64,000 bases of DNA from a bacterium (lineage in GTDB: Bacteria; Bacillota; Clostridia; Lachnospirales; Lachnospiraceae). Positions 29,024-40,171 of this stretch are shown here, one piece after another. A program made the position numbers and the translations under genes. The stretch spans positions 471 through 64,470 of the forward strand of contig CAVKOQ010000001.1 of the NCBI GenBank assembly GCA_963657995.1. Reading direction: 5' to 3'. The first letter of the stretch is position 1. Every line of letters begins with the position of its first letter. Below the pieces are notes generated by a model. It saw only the letters and a program-made list of their open reading frames with translations, ran no database searches and had not been told where the DNA came from.

Positions 29024-29088
29024 GAGGGCAAAATGACGAAAAATTTAACTTTTTTTCGTCCGCCCTCTTTTTTTTTTCGTCATTTTGC
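29024..29088 (+). terminator. intrinsic terminator after ridA with a duplicated arm
   Basis: GAGGGC...GCCCTC encloses GACGAAAAA/TTTTTCGTC and is followed by T10. A second copy of TTTTTTTCGTC follows the T-run. Confidence 0.75.
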
Positions 29089-29171
29089 TTTAAAATATAT
29101 ATCAAAGTTTGGCTAGTAATCAAGTGGGGGCAAGGTTACAGCAGCAATAAATAAAAAAAGGAGAGAGGAAT

Positions 29172-30260
29172 ATGATTTCTAACCAGATACTCCAGACCAA
29201 TGTTGAGGGGTTAAAAGGAATTACGCGTGTTGATCTCTGTATTTGTGATACAGAGGGCAAGGTACTGGCGTCTACATTTACCGGTGCTGAGGAATATGAA
29301 AGTGCAATTCTGGCTTTTGTAGACTCTCCGGCAGACAGCCAGGTAGTACAGGGATATCAGTTTTTTAAGGTTTTTGATGACCACCAGCTGGAATATATAC
29401 TTTTGGCTGAAGGCGAAAGCGATGATGTATATATGGTCGGAAAGATGGCTGCATTTCAGGTTCAGAATCTGCTTGTAGCTTACAAGGAGCGCTTTGACAA
29501 GGACAATTTCATCAAGAACCTGCTTCTCGATAACCTTCTTCTGGTGGACATCTACAACCGTGCGAAAAAGCTGCATATAGAGACCAATGTAAAGAGAATT
29601 GTATTTATTATCGAAACACAGCAGGAAAAAGATGTAAATGCACTTGAGACAGTTAGAAGCCTGTTTTCGACAAAGACAAAGGATTTTATCACGGCTGTTG
29701 ATGAAAAGAACATAATTCTTGTCAAAGAAGTAAAGCCGGGTGAGACATATGATGACCTTGAAAAGACCGCAGGCATGATTGTTGACATGCTTGGAACCGA
29801 GTCGATGACCAAAGCAAGTGTTGCATTTGGAACCATCGTCAATGAGATCAAGGATGTATCGCGTTCCTACAAGGAAGCTAAGATGGCACTCGATGTAGGA
29901 AAGATTTTCTACGGAAGCAAAAATGTTGTTGCATACAGTAAGCTTGGTATCGGCCGTCTGATATATCAGCTTCCGCTGCCGCTGTGCCGTATGTTTATCA
30001 AGGAAATATTTGACGGTAAATCACCGGATGAGTTCGATGAAGAAACACTTACTACGATCAATAAGTTTTTCGAGAACAGCCTGAATGTATCTGAGACATC
30101 CAGACAGCTTTATATACACCGCAACACACTTGTATATCGTCTGGACAAGCTTCAGAAAAGCACGGGACTCGATCTTCGCGTTTTTGAGGACGCTATAACA
30201 TTTAAAATTGCACTTATGGTCGTAAAATACATGAAATACATGGAAAATCTAGATTATTAA
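29172..30260 (+). CDS. PucR/CdaR-family transcriptional regulator
   Basis: C-terminal PucR-type HTH (SETSRQLYIHRNTLVYRLDKLQKSTGLDLR) and an N-terminal sensor-like region. Confidence 0.75.
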   Translation: MISNQILQTNVEGLKGITRVDLCICDTEGKVLASTFTGAEEYESAILAFVDSPADSQVVQGYQFFKVFDDHQLEYILLAEGESDDVYMVGKMAAFQVQNLLVAYKERFDKDNFIKNLLLDNLLLVDIYNRAKKLHIETNVKRIVFIIETQQEKDVNALETVRSLFSTKTKDFITAVDEKNIILVKEVKPGETYDDLEKTAGMIVDMLGTESMTKASVAFGTIVNEIKDVSRSYKEAKMALDVGKIFYGSKNVVAYSKLGIGRLIYQLPLPLCRMFIKEIFDGKSPDEFDEETLTTINKFFENSLNVSETSRQLYIHRNTLVYRLDKLQKSTGLDLRVFEDAITFKIALMVVKYMKYMENLDY

Positions 30261-30296
30261 TCAGGATTAAAGATTAAAATTAATGTAACTGTTCAT

Positions 30297-30348
30297 AAAA
30301 GTTGCTGTGGCGGGGAGGAACAATATCTTTGCCGCAGCAATTTTATTT
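30297..30348 (+). terminator. intrinsic terminator between the PucR-family gene and ftsE
   Basis: 10-bp stem TTGCTGTGGC / GCCGCAGCAA flanked by an A-run and TTTTATTT. It ends 17 nt before the ftsE ATG. Confidence 0.65.
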
Positions 30349-30364
30349 ACGCGAGGAAATTCTA

Positions 30365-31048
30365 ATGATAGAGATTAGGGATCTCAAAAAGACGTATAAA
30401 ACAGGAAATAAGGCCCTTAAGGGGATTAATATAAAGATTCATGATGGCGAATTTGTATTTATCATGGGAAGGAGCGGATCAGGCAAATCTACACTTTTAA
30501 AGCTCCTTCTTAAGGAATTAGAGCCGACATCGGGACGTATCATAGTCAACGACATGGATCTTACAACTATGCCAAGAAGATATATACCTAAGTATCGCAG
30601 ACGGCTCGGTGTGGTATTTCAGGATTTTAGACTTCTTAAAGAAAAAACAGTATACGAAAATGTGGCATTTGCACAGCGTGTCATAGGAGTATCGCCTCGC
30701 GAGATCAAGAAAAATGTGCCTGAAATGCTAAGACTTGTAGGACTTTCTTCTAAATATAAGGCATATCCGAATCAGCTATCCGGCGGTGAACAGCAGAGGG
30801 TGGCTATTGCAAGAGCACTGATTAATTCACCGGAAATACTGCTTGCAGATGAGCCGACAGGAAATTTAGATGCACACAATTCCATGGAGATTATGGCACT
30901 TTTGGATGAGATCAACAAGCGTGGAACTACAGTGGTTGTGGTTACACATAGCCATGAGATTGTAGCAGAGATGGGAAAAAGAGTGATTACACTAACAAGA
31001 GGAGTGCTGACGGGAGATCAAAAAGGCGGTATCTGGGATGAAAATTAG
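30365..31048 (+). CDS. ftsE: cell division ATP-binding protein FtsE
   Basis: Walker A GRSGSGKST, signature LSGGEQQR and Walker B LLADEPTGNLD, followed by an overlapping ftsX. The MIEIRDLKKTY start has GAGGAA upstream. Confidence 0.9.
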   Translation: MIEIRDLKKTYKTGNKALKGINIKIHDGEFVFIMGRSGSGKSTLLKLLLKELEPTSGRIIVNDMDLTTMPRRYIPKYRRRLGVVFQDFRLLKEKTVYENVAFAQRVIGVSPREIKKNVPEMLRLVGLSSKYKAYPNQLSGGEQQRVAIARALINSPEILLADEPTGNLDAHNSMEIMALLDEINKRGTTVVVVTHSHEIVAEMGKRVITLTRGVLTGDQKGGIWDEN

Positions 31049-31946
31049 TACTATGACTTATTGCATAAAAGAGGGAATGAAAAATATCATCCGAAATGTC
31101 TGGTTTTCCATGGCGTCGGTTGCGATCATTTCAGCATGTATATTCCTTTTCTGTATGTTTTTCGGCCTCATAGCCAATGTTCAATATATGGTAAGAAATG
31201 CGGAAACTACAGTCGGAATCACAATATTTTTTAACGAGAATATGAGCGAAGAAGATATACAGAAGATAGGGGATGAAATTCGGACCCGTAGTGAAGTCAA
31301 AGAAGTAAAATATGTATCAGCCGATGAGGCATGGGAAAACTTCAAAAAAGATTATTTTAAGGGAGCAGAGGATTTGGCTGATGGATTTGCCGAGGACAAT
31401 CCGCTTGCTGATTCGTCATCTTATGAGATATATCTCAAGGATATCGATATGCAGGATGATATCGTCGAGTGGCTTGGCACGGTTCAGGGAATCCGTAAGA
31501 TCAATTATTCCAGTGATACTGCATCCGGACTTTCAAGCTTTAATAAGATGCTTGGACTTTTGTCGGTAGTCATCATAGGCATCCTGCTTGCCGTTGCTAT
31601 CTTCCTTATAAGCAACACCATCACCACGGCAGCAGCATTCAGGAGAGAAGAAAACAGGATTATGAGACTTATAGGTGCGACGAATTTCATGATCCGTGCA
31701 CCGTTTGTCGTACAGGGTGTGATTATTGGACTTGTAGGTGCTCTGGTTCCGCTTGCGGCAATGTATTTTTTGTATCTTCATGCAGTGGCATATATGATGG
31801 ATAAATTTGAGATTTTATCAAATTTGGTGGAGTTTATCCCGATCAATACGATCTTTCCGAGCATGGTAGCAGTAGCTATGACTCTTGGTGTGGGAATCGG
31901 ATTTTTCGGAAGTTTCTTCACTATAAGAAGACATTTGAAAGTATAG
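31038..31946 (+). CDS. ftsX: cell division permease-like protein FtsX
   Basis: Four-TM topology with a large first extracellular loop. Its start overlaps the ftsE stop. Confidence 0.85.
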   Translation: MKISTMTYCIKEGMKNIIRNVWFSMASVAIISACIFLFCMFFGLIANVQYMVRNAETTVGITIFFNENMSEEDIQKIGDEIRTRSEVKEVKYVSADEAWENFKKDYFKGAEDLADGFAEDNPLADSSSYEIYLKDIDMQDDIVEWLGTVQGIRKINYSSDTASGLSSFNKMLGLLSVVIIGILLAVAIFLISNTITTAAAFRREENRIMRLIGATNFMIRAPFVVQGVIIGLVGALVPLAAMYFLYLHAVAYMMDKFEILSNLVEFIPINTIFPSMVAVAMTLGVGIGFFGSFFTIRRHLKV

Positions 31947-32030
31947 TAGTTTAAAAGAAAAAGAGGATATTAAAGAGATTATTCAGGAAGAATTGTAGAG
32001 AACAGAACGGTTATAAAAAAGGATTAAACG

Positions 32031-33278
32031 ATGAAGAAACGGGGATTGAAAGCACGCGTTGCTTTGATGTTAGTCATGGCGACACTGGCATCTGCACAGG
32101 TCTCTACTGCGTCTGCAGCGACAAAGAAGGATGTGAGCAGTGCCAAGGATAAGAAAAGTGCCCTGGAACAGGAAAAAAAGAAGACGGAGGAGGCTATAAA
32201 AAGCCTTCAGGGTAAGAAGAGCAGTACTGAGAATTATGTAAAAGAGCTTGATTCAAAGATAAATGAGCTGCAGTCACAGGTCACTAAACTGGAAGATAAC
32301 ATTTCTGATAAGCAAAAAAATATAGAAGAAACTGCCGAAAAGCTCGATGAAGCACAAAAAACCGAAGAAAAACAGTATTCCTCGATGAAAATGCGCATAA
32401 AATATATGTACGAAAAAGGAGACAGCAGTTACTTAAATCTTCTTATGGAATCTAAGTCACTGTCAGAACTTCTAAACAGGGCCGAGTATGTTTCCAAGAT
32501 TTCTGCTTACGATAGAAAGATGCTCGACCAGTACGTGGCTACCAAGGAAACTATCGCAGAAAACAAGAAAAAACTGGAGACTGAGAAGGCTGAACTTCAG
32601 GACATGAAATCTCAGACAGAGGCCAAACAGGATTCGGTGCAGCTCATTTTAAATGAGAAAAACAAGGAACTTCAGAATGTAAATGCTCAGATCAGTGAAA
32701 AATCCGCACAGGCGAAGGCATATGAAGACGATATAAATGCTCAGGAGGCTAAGATAGCCCAGATGGAGGCTGAGATTAAGAAGAAGGAAGAGGAGGCTGC
32801 TGCGAAAGCTGCGGCTGAGGCAGCTGCAAAGAAGGCAGCAGGCAATCAGGCTTCAAATAACAGTACAAGTACTTCTTCCGGAAATTCTACACTCAGATGG
32901 CCTTGTCCTTCAAGCAGTCGGATTACATCGGGATTTGGCAGCCGTACATCTCCTACAGAAGGCGCATCTTCCAATCATAAAGGAATCGATATCAGTGCGT
33001 CTACAGGCAGCAACATAGTTGCAGCAGCTGGCGGAACCGTTTCCATCGCAACCTACAGCTATTCTGCAGGAAACTATATCATGATCAACCACGGAAATGG
33101 ACTTTCAACAGTGTACATGCACTGTTCACAGCTGCTTGTATCGGCAGGCGATACGGTAAAAGCGGGACAGACAATAGCCAAGGTGGGTTCCACAGGCTAC
33201 TCGACGGGTCCGCATCTTCATTTTGGAGTTCGAAAAAACGGAAGTTATGTAAACCCATCAAACTATGTAAGTCCGTAA
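32031..33278 (+). CDS. secreted coiled-coil M23 family metallopeptidase (EnvC/PcsB-like architecture)
   Basis: Signal peptide, about 230 aa of heptad-rich coiled coil, an A/S-rich linker, and an M23 domain with intact HKGID (HxxxD) and HLHF (HxH) motifs. Confidence 0.85.
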   Translation: MKKRGLKARVALMLVMATLASAQVSTASAATKKDVSSAKDKKSALEQEKKKTEEAIKSLQGKKSSTENYVKELDSKINELQSQVTKLEDNISDKQKNIEETAEKLDEAQKTEEKQYSSMKMRIKYMYEKGDSSYLNLLMESKSLSELLNRAEYVSKISAYDRKMLDQYVATKETIAENKKKLETEKAELQDMKSQTEAKQDSVQLILNEKNKELQNVNAQISEKSAQAKAYEDDINAQEAKIAQMEAEIKKKEEEAAAKAAAEAAAKKAAGNQASNNSTSTSSGNSTLRWPCPSSSRITSGFGSRTSPTEGASSNHKGIDISASTGSNIVAAAGGTVSIATYSYSAGNYIMINHGNGLSTVYMHCSQLLVSAGDTVKAGQTIAKVGSTGYSTGPHLHFGVRKNGSYVNPSNYVSP

Positions 33279-33385
33279 AATGACTGTATCAGGCAGTGAG
33301 AAACACTAAATAATCCGTGTAAGCGGAGGTCTTGGTGTTGGACCACCAGAACCAATATTATGACATAAATCAGGAGGCAGAATAG

Positions 33386-34654
33386 ATGGATGAAAAGAAT
33401 AAATTCTGGCATGGTGTGCTGGCCGGAGTTTTGGCGACGATAATGGTATTTGCAGTAGCTATCGGGGCTTTTGTAGGTGTCAATATTTTAAGATACAATG
33501 TCTTAAATAAGCAGGTTAGGTCACAGGTAAAGAGTGAGGCGACAGCTTCCGAGGCACAGGAAAAGCTGGATTTTAACAAAGTTGCAAAGAAATTGAAAGA
33601 GATACAGAATATTATAGATAATAATTATCTGTTTCAGGAAAAAATTGATACGGCAGAAGAAGAGAACGGCATTTATCAGGGCTTTATAAAAGGATTAAAT
33701 GATCCGTATGCAGCCTATTACTCAGCTGATCAGGTGGCGGGCTTTTTTGAAGATATCAACGGCTCCTACTGTGGTATAGGTGCACTGGTATCTCAGGATC
33801 CTACGACCGGTGTGAGCTCGATAGTGCGTGTTTTTGAGGGAAGTCCGGCAGAAGAGGGAGGTATTCTTCCGGGAGATTTTATATACATGGTTGACGGAAC
33901 AGAGGTTGTCGGTTTAGATTTGGATATTCTTGTAAGTGAGTATGTCAAGGGTGAAGAGGGAACAGATGTTACCATTACCGTATACCGTGAGAGCAGTGAC
34001 GAGTATATAGATATCACAATGACGAGGAGAACGATCGATGTTCAGACAGTATCAGGAAAGATGCTTGATGACGAGGTTGGTTATATCTCTGTAATACAGT
34101 TTGAACGTGTCACGGCTGACCAGTTCAAATCCCAAATAGAAGAATTGCAAAGTGAAGGAATGAAACGCCTCATTATCGACCTTAGAAATAACCCTGGCGG
34201 TGAGATAAATACGGTTATATCTATGGTAGATTATATTATAAAGGATGGCGGACGGATCGTTACTGTGTCAGATGATAGAGGCAATGAGGATAAGTACGAT
34301 GCGGGAGACGGACATAGTCTTGATATTCCTATGGTCGTGCTTGTAAATGGCAATTCTGCCAGTGGATCCGAGTTATTTTCCGGAGCTATGCAGGACTACG
34401 GGGCAGCTACTATTGTCGGAACGACCACATTTGGAAAAGGAATTGTGCAGACCTTTATGTCACTTTCTGATGGAAGTGGAATTAAGCTCACAACACAGCA
34501 TTATTATACTCCAAACGGAAATGATATCCACGAAAAAGGAATAACACCTGATGTTGAGGTTGAGCTTGATGAAGCGGTAGCTGGGCAATATAATATTTCT
34601 GAAGAAAATGATAATCAGCTGCAGAAAGCACTTGAAGTTGTGAAGTCAAAATAA
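33386..34654 (+). CDS. S41 family C-terminal processing peptidase
   Basis: N-terminal TM anchor, a PDZ region (GSPAEEGGILPGDFI), catalytic Ser in GNSASGSE and Lys in TFGKG. Confidence 0.9.
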   Translation: MDEKNKFWHGVLAGVLATIMVFAVAIGAFVGVNILRYNVLNKQVRSQVKSEATASEAQEKLDFNKVAKKLKEIQNIIDNNYLFQEKIDTAEEENGIYQGFIKGLNDPYAAYYSADQVAGFFEDINGSYCGIGALVSQDPTTGVSSIVRVFEGSPAEEGGILPGDFIYMVDGTEVVGLDLDILVSEYVKGEEGTDVTITVYRESSDEYIDITMTRRTIDVQTVSGKMLDDEVGYISVIQFERVTADQFKSQIEELQSEGMKRLIIDLRNNPGGEINTVISMVDYIIKDGGRIVTVSDDRGNEDKYDAGDGHSLDIPMVVLVNGNSASGSELFSGAMQDYGAATIVGTTTFGKGIVQTFMSLSDGSGIKLTTQHYYTPNGNDIHEKGITPDVEVELDEAVAGQYNISEENDNQLQKALEVVKSK

Positions 34655-34668
34655 GGAGAAACTTAGTT

Positions 34669-35277
34669 ATGTATTTAATCGCAGGGCTTGGAAATCCCGG
34701 AAAAGAATATGAAGGAACAAGACATAATGTGGGATTTGAGACTCTTGACGTATTGGCAGATAAGTATAGTATCGATATCAGGGAGAAGGCATTTAAGGGA
34801 CTTATCGGCAAGGGAGTGATCGATGGAAATAAGGTTATTCTCGTCAAACCGCAGACATATATGAATCTAAGCGGAGAGTGTATCAGACAGGTGATGGATT
34901 ATTACAAGGTAGATCCGTCAGATTTTATCGTGATTTACGACGATATCAGCCTGGTTCCTGGCGGTATACGAATCCGTAAAAAAGGAAGTGCCGGAGGCCA
35001 CAACGGGATTAAAAATATCATTGCTCATCTTGGAACACAAGAATTTGCACGTGTAAGAATAGGTGTAGGAGAAAAGCCGGCACGCATGGATCTTGCAGAT
35101 TATGTGCTTGGACATTTTCATAAAGATGAAATTGATACCATGAAGACAGCATTTAATGACGGTGCAGCCGCTGTGGCTGACATGATGAATGAAGGCGTAG
35201 AAGCTGCGATGAATCATTTTAACGGTGCAGCTCGTGCAGAGAAGGAAAAGTTGTCTAAGGAGAAACAGGACAGTTAG
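34669..35277 (+). CDS. pth: peptidyl-tRNA hydrolase
   Basis: N-terminus MYLIAGLGNPGKEYEGTRHNVGF and the GHNG motif. Confidence 0.95.
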   Translation: MYLIAGLGNPGKEYEGTRHNVGFETLDVLADKYSIDIREKAFKGLIGKGVIDGNKVILVKPQTYMNLSGECIRQVMDYYKVDPSDFIVIYDDISLVPGGIRIRKKGSAGGHNGIKNIIAHLGTQEFARVRIGVGEKPARMDLADYVLGHFHKDEIDTMKTAFNDGAAAVADMMNEGVEAAMNHFNGAARAEKEKLSKEKQDS

Positions 35278-35297
35278 AAGAAAGAGATCTGATAATT

Positions 35298-38200
35298 ATG
35301 AGCGATTTGTTTGCTAATCCGCTTAATGAGATGATAGAATTTAAGGATCTGAAGACGGATCTCATACGCGAAAAAGGACCGCTTCTGGTAACCGGATGCC
35401 TTGATTCACAGAAGGTTCATATGATGTCGGAACTTTCTGATGTGACGGACTGGAAGCTGGTGGTTACATATGATGACTCAAGAGCCAGGGAGATTTGCGA
35501 CGATTACAGGGGGCTTGGCATAGATGCAGCCCTGTATCCGGCAAGGGATCTTTTGTTTTATACATCTGATATCCATGGAAATCTTTTGACAAAGCAAAGA
35601 ATTCAGGTCATGAGACGGATTCTGGAAAGTTCCAGTGGTATAGTTATCACGACGATAGATGCCCTGATGGAACATCTGCTGCCGATTTCTATGCTACAGA
35701 TGCGAAGCCTTAAAATCGGGTCAGAAGATACCGTCGAAATTGATGAACTGACACACAAACTGGCGGAAATGGGCTATGAGAAGGTTGCTGAAGTCGATGG
35801 ATCAGGACAGTTTTCAGTGAGAGGCGGAATTATCGATATATTTCCATTAACGGAGGAAGTTCCTTATAGAATAGAACTGTGGGGAGATGAAGTAGATTCA
35901 ATCAGGACATTTGATCCGGAAAGTCAGCGATCGATCGAGCAGGTAACCGAGGCCTCCATCTATCCGGCGACAGAGATGGCACTTTCTAAGGCACAGATTC
36001 AGGACGGAATCGAAGCTATAGAAAAAGAACGGAAAAAATATGTAAAAAAACTTCGCGACTCGATGAAGACAGAGGAAGCCTACAGGATAGATTCATCTGT
36101 TTCGGAGGTTTTAGAGGGACTAAAAGAGGGGTTCAGGGTACATGGCCTTGGAAGCTATATCAGGTTCTTTTGCAGGGAGACGGTATCTTTTATTAACTAT
36201 TTTCCGAAAGAAAAACTCACAGTATTTCTTGATGAGCCACTTAGACTTAAGGAGAAGGCAGATGCAACTGAGAGTGAATTTAAGGAGAGTATGACCAACC
36301 GCCTTAATAATGGTTATCTTCTTCCGGGGCAGACTGGTTTTCTTTATTCTGCTAAAGAAGCATTTTCGATGGCGATGGGAGAGCGGACGCTTCTCATGCT
36401 TGGACTTGATCAGAAGCTTACAGGCATGACAGTGAAGAAAAAGTACAGTCTTACTGTCAAAAATGTTAATTCATATCAGAATGGATTTGAGCTTTTATTA
36501 AGTGATCTGAAGCGATGGAAGAAAGAAAAATACAGAGTTGTCCTTTTGGCTGCATCGAGAACGAGGGCCAGTCGTTTGGCTTTAGAACTCAGAGAGTACG
36601 AACTTGGTGCGTTTTGTCCGGATGAAGGACAAAATAGCGTGAAACCGGGAGAAATCCTGGTTACTTACGGAAAGCTTCACCGTGGTTTCGAATATCCGCT
36701 TATCAAATTTGTCGTCATAACTGAGGGAGACATGTTTGGCGGCGGACAGGCACATAAAAGGAAGAAAAAGCTTTCATATCAGGGCAAGAAGATTCAGAGT
36801 TTTTCAGAGCTTACGGTCGGAGATTATGTAGTACATGAAAGCCATGGACTGGGGATTTATCGCGGAATTGAAAAGATAGAGCAGGACAAGGTTGTCAAAG
36901 ATTACATAAAGATAGAGTACCGCGATGGAGGCAATCTATATCTTCCGGCCACACGACTTGAGGGAATACAAAAATATGCCGGATCTGACGCAAAGACACC
37001 TAAGCTCAACAAGCTCGGCGGGGCCGAATGGAACAAGACGAAGAGTAAGGTGCGTGGTGCAGTCAAAAATATCGCAAAAGAGCTGGTAGAACTTTATGCA
37101 GCACGCCAGAGAAGCGAAGGATATCAGTACGGACCTGACACTGTATGGCAGCGTGAATTTGAGGAGATGTTTCCTTTTGAGGAGACGGAGGATCAGCTTG
37201 AGGCAATAGATGCAACTAAAAAGGATATGGAAAGCCACCGCATCATGGATCGTCTGATTTGCGGCGATGTCGGATATGGAAAGACTGAGATTGCTCTTAG
37301 AGCGGCTTTTAAGGCAATTCAGGAGGGTAAACAGGTTGTCTATCTGGTGCCGACGACGATTCTGGCACAGCAGCATTACAACACATTTGTGCAGAGAATG
37401 AAGGATTTTCCTGTCAGAGTAGACATGCTGTCGAGATTTCGCACGGCCGGTGAGCAGAAAAAGACACTTGAAGACCTGAAAAAAGGTCAGGTTGACGTCA
37501 TCATAGGTACTCACAGAGTGCTTTCGAAAGATGTTGTATTCAAAAATCTCGGACTTCTTATCATCGATGAGGAGCAGAGATTTGGTGTTACGCATAAGGA
37601 GAAGATCAAAAGACTCAGGGAAAATGTAGATGTGTTGACGCTGACCGCCACACCTATACCGCGTACACTTCACATGAGTCTTATCGGTATCCGTGATATG
37701 AGTGTACTTGAAGAGCCGCCTGTAGATCGTCTCCCGATCCAGACCTATGTCATGGAATATAATGATGAGATGGTCAGAGAGGCCATTCACAGAGAGCTGG
37801 CCAGGGACGGACAGGTCTACTATGTTTATAACAGGGTCAATAATATAGAAGAAGTAGCCAACAGGGTGGCGGCACTCGTACCCGAGGCCAACGTAGTATT
37901 TGCACATGGACAGATGCATGAACATGAGCTTGAGAAGATTATGCTGGATTTTGTTGAGGGAAACATAGATGTTTTGGTATCGACTACCATCATAGAGACT
38001 GGGCTTGATATTCCCAATGCGAATACTATCATTATTCATGACGCAGATCGTCTTGGACTGTCACAGCTATATCAGATTCGAGGCCGTGTAGGCCGCTCCG
38101 GACGTACATCGTATGCTTTTTTGATGTACAGAAGAGATAAACTTTTGCGTGAAGAGGCGGAAAAACGTCTGCAGGCGATCAGAGAGTTTACTGAGCTTGG

Positions 38201-38831
38201 AAGCGGAATAAAGATTGCCATGCGTGACCTTGAACTTAGAGGTGCAGGAAATCTTCTTGGAGCCGAGCAGCACGGTCACATGGAGGCTGTCGGATACGAT
38301 CTGTACTGTAAGCTTCTTAATGAGGCCGTGCTGGCACTTAAAGGTGAGAAGGCCGCCGAAGATTTTGAGACAGTGGTTGACTGTGATATAGACGCGTATA
38401 TACCTTCTTCATATATAAGGAATGAATATCAGAAACTCGATGTATACAAGCGTATCTCTGGTATAGAAAATCAGGAAGAATACATGGATATGCAGGACGA
38501 GCTGATGGATAGATTCGGTGAGCTGCCAAGATCAGTCGAAAATCTTTTAAAAATCGCTGATTTGAAGGCTCTGGCACATAAGGCCGGTGTAGTGGAGATA
38601 GATGTGAAAAAGCAGGATATTACAATAAAGATGTATCAGAAAGCGAATCTGGATGTATCCGGAATACCTGCTATTATGGAGAAATACAAAGGCACACTGA
38701 CATTCAGGACAGGAGAGGTACCAATTTTTTACTACAAAGATCCAAGAAAAAAGAATACAGATTGTGAAATGATGCTTGTGACGGCAAGGGAAATATTAGA
38801 ACAAATGGCGGCACTTGCAAAAGCAACTTGA
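35298..38831 (+). CDS. mfd: transcription-repair coupling factor
   Basis: 1177 aa with a UvrB-homology N-terminus, an RNAP-interaction domain, and SF2 translocase motifs GDVGYGKTE and IIDEEQRFG. It follows pth, as in other Firmicutes. Confidence 0.95.
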   Translation: MSDLFANPLNEMIEFKDLKTDLIREKGPLLVTGCLDSQKVHMMSELSDVTDWKLVVTYDDSRAREICDDYRGLGIDAALYPARDLLFYTSDIHGNLLTKQRIQVMRRILESSSGIVITTIDALMEHLLPISMLQMRSLKIGSEDTVEIDELTHKLAEMGYEKVAEVDGSGQFSVRGGIIDIFPLTEEVPYRIELWGDEVDSIRTFDPESQRSIEQVTEASIYPATEMALSKAQIQDGIEAIEKERKKYVKKLRDSMKTEEAYRIDSSVSEVLEGLKEGFRVHGLGSYIRFFCRETVSFINYFPKEKLTVFLDEPLRLKEKADATESEFKESMTNRLNNGYLLPGQTGFLYSAKEAFSMAMGERTLLMLGLDQKLTGMTVKKKYSLTVKNVNSYQNGFELLLSDLKRWKKEKYRVVLLAASRTRASRLALELREYELGAFCPDEGQNSVKPGEILVTYGKLHRGFEYPLIKFVVITEGDMFGGGQAHKRKKKLSYQGKKIQSFSELTVGDYVVHESHGLGIYRGIEKIEQDKVVKDYIKIEYRDGGNLYLPATRLEGIQKYAGSDAKTPKLNKLGGAEWNKTKSKVRGAVKNIAKELVELYAARQRSEGYQYGPDTVWQREFEEMFPFEETEDQLEAIDATKKDMESHRIMDRLICGDVGYGKTEIALRAAFKAIQEGKQVVYLVPTTILAQQHYNTFVQRMKDFPVRVDMLSRFRTAGEQKKTLEDLKKGQVDVIIGTHRVLSKDVVFKNLGLLIIDEEQRFGVTHKEKIKRLRENVDVLTLTATPIPRTLHMSLIGIRDMSVLEEPPVDRLPIQTYVMEYNDEMVREAIHRELARDGQVYYVYNRVNNIEEVANRVAALVPEANVVFAHGQMHEHELEKIMLDFVEGNIDVLVSTTIIETGLDIPNANTIIIHDADRLGLSQLYQIRGRVGRSGRTSYAFLMYRRDKLLREEAEKRLQAIREFTELGSGIKIAMRDLELRGAGNLLGAEQHGHMEAVGYDLYCKLLNEAVLALKGEKAAEDFETVVDCDIDAYIPSSYIRNEYQKLDVYKRISGIENQEEYMDMQDELMDRFGELPRSVENLLKIADLKALAHKAGVVEIDVKKQDITIKMYQKANLDVSGIPAIMEKYKGTLTFRTGEVPIFYYKDPRKKNTDCEMMLVTAREILEQMAALAKAT

Positions 38832-38915
38832 CAAATAATTCATATTGCTTATAATACAGAAAGAATTTGATAGGCTTAGACGTGAATATTAAAGCAAAAT
38901 AAGGAGAAAGTGAAA

Positions 38916-40139
38916 ATGCAGATTTATGAAGAACTGGTAGCCAGAGGCCTGATCGCCCAGGTTACAAACGAGGAAGAGATCAAAAAGATGGTAAATGAGG
39001 GAAAAGCTGTATTCTATATCGGTTTTGACCCGACCGCAGACAGCCTTCATGTAGGACATTTCATGGCACTGTGCCTGATGAAACGCCTCCAGATGGCCGG
39101 CAATAAGCCGATAGCACTTCTTGGCGGTGGTACCGGTATGATCGGTGACCCGTCAGGACGTACAGATATGCGTCAGATGCTGACACCTGAGACCATTCAG
39201 CACAACTGCGACTGCTTCAAAAAGCAGATGAGCCGTTTTATTGATTTCTCAGATGATAAGGCACTTCTTGTAAATAATGCAGAATGGCTGATGAATCTTA
39301 ATTATGTAAACCTTCTTCGCGAGGTTGGACCTCATTTCAGCGTTAACCGTATGCTGACTGCTGAGTGCTATAAGCAGAGAATGGAGAGAGGTTTAAGCTT
39401 CTTAGAGTTCAACTACATGATCATGCAGAGCTACGATTTCTATATGCTGTTCCAGAAATACGGCTGCAACATGCAGTTCGGCGGTGATGACCAGTGGAGC
39501 AACATGCTTGGCGGTACAGAGCTTATCCGCAGAAAACTCGGAAAAGATGCACATGCGATGACAATTACACTGCTTTTAAACTCAGAAGGCAAGAAGATGG
39601 GCAAGACACAGTCAGGTGCTGTATGGCTTGACCCGGAAAAGACATCTCCATTTGAGTTCTACCAGTACTGGAGAAATGTCGCTGATGCTGATGTACTTAA
39701 GTGTCTGCGTATGCTTACATTCCTTCCGCTTGAGCAGATCGATGAGATGGATAAGTGGGAAGGCAGCCAGTTAAATACAGCAAAAGAGATCTTAGCTTAT
39801 GAGCTTACAAAGCTTGTTCATGGTGATGAAGAGGCTGAGAAAGCACAGGCAGCTGCCAAAGCTATCTTCTCAAGCGGAAATGCTGCAGATATGCCGAAAT
39901 TTGAACTGACAGAAGAAGACCTTAACGGTGATGAAATCGACATTCTGTCTATTCTTCAGAAATCAGGCTTGGCTGTGTCGCGTTCAGAGGCAAGAAGAAA
40001 CGTAGAGCAGGGCGGTGTATCCGTAGACGGAAATCAGTTAAAAGATATTAAAGCAGTATTTACAAAAGAGCAGTTATCTGGAGATGGAGTAGTATTAAAG
40101 AGAGGTAAGAAGAACTTCAAGAAGGTTGTACTTAAGTAA
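38916..40139 (+). CDS. tyrS: tyrosine--tRNA ligase
   Basis: HIGH-type motif (SLHVGH), KMSKS-type motif (KKMGKT) and a C-terminal S4 domain. The ATG at 38916 has AAGGAGA 8 nt upstream. Confidence 0.95.
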   Translation: MQIYEELVARGLIAQVTNEEEIKKMVNEGKAVFYIGFDPTADSLHVGHFMALCLMKRLQMAGNKPIALLGGGTGMIGDPSGRTDMRQMLTPETIQHNCDCFKKQMSRFIDFSDDKALLVNNAEWLMNLNYVNLLREVGPHFSVNRMLTAECYKQRMERGLSFLEFNYMIMQSYDFYMLFQKYGCNMQFGGDDQWSNMLGGTELIRRKLGKDAHAMTITLLLNSEGKKMGKTQSGAVWLDPEKTSPFEFYQYWRNVADADVLKCLRMLTFLPLEQIDEMDKWEGSQLNTAKEILAYELTKLVHGDEEAEKAQAAAKAIFSSGNAADMPKFELTEEDLNGDEIDILSILQKSGLAVSRSEARRNVEQGGVSVDGNQLKDIKAVFTKEQLSGDGVVLKRGKKNFKKVVLK

Positions 40140-40171
40140 GAAAGCTATTCATAGTTATTGTAGAATAAAAC

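Noticed and set aside
36936-38039. 367-aa ORF on the - strand inside mfd
   Set aside because: It is fully antisense to a well-supported mfd reading frame with helicase motifs. It has no RBS, its composition is odd and low in complexity, and it is most simply a by-product of the codon bias of the sense gene.
38832-38915. T-box leader expected upstream of tyrS (also looked for upstream of leuB at 16764-16956)
   Set aside because: Only 84 nt separate mfd from tyrS. That is too short for a T-box, and no T-box consensus or specifier/antiterminator architecture is visible.
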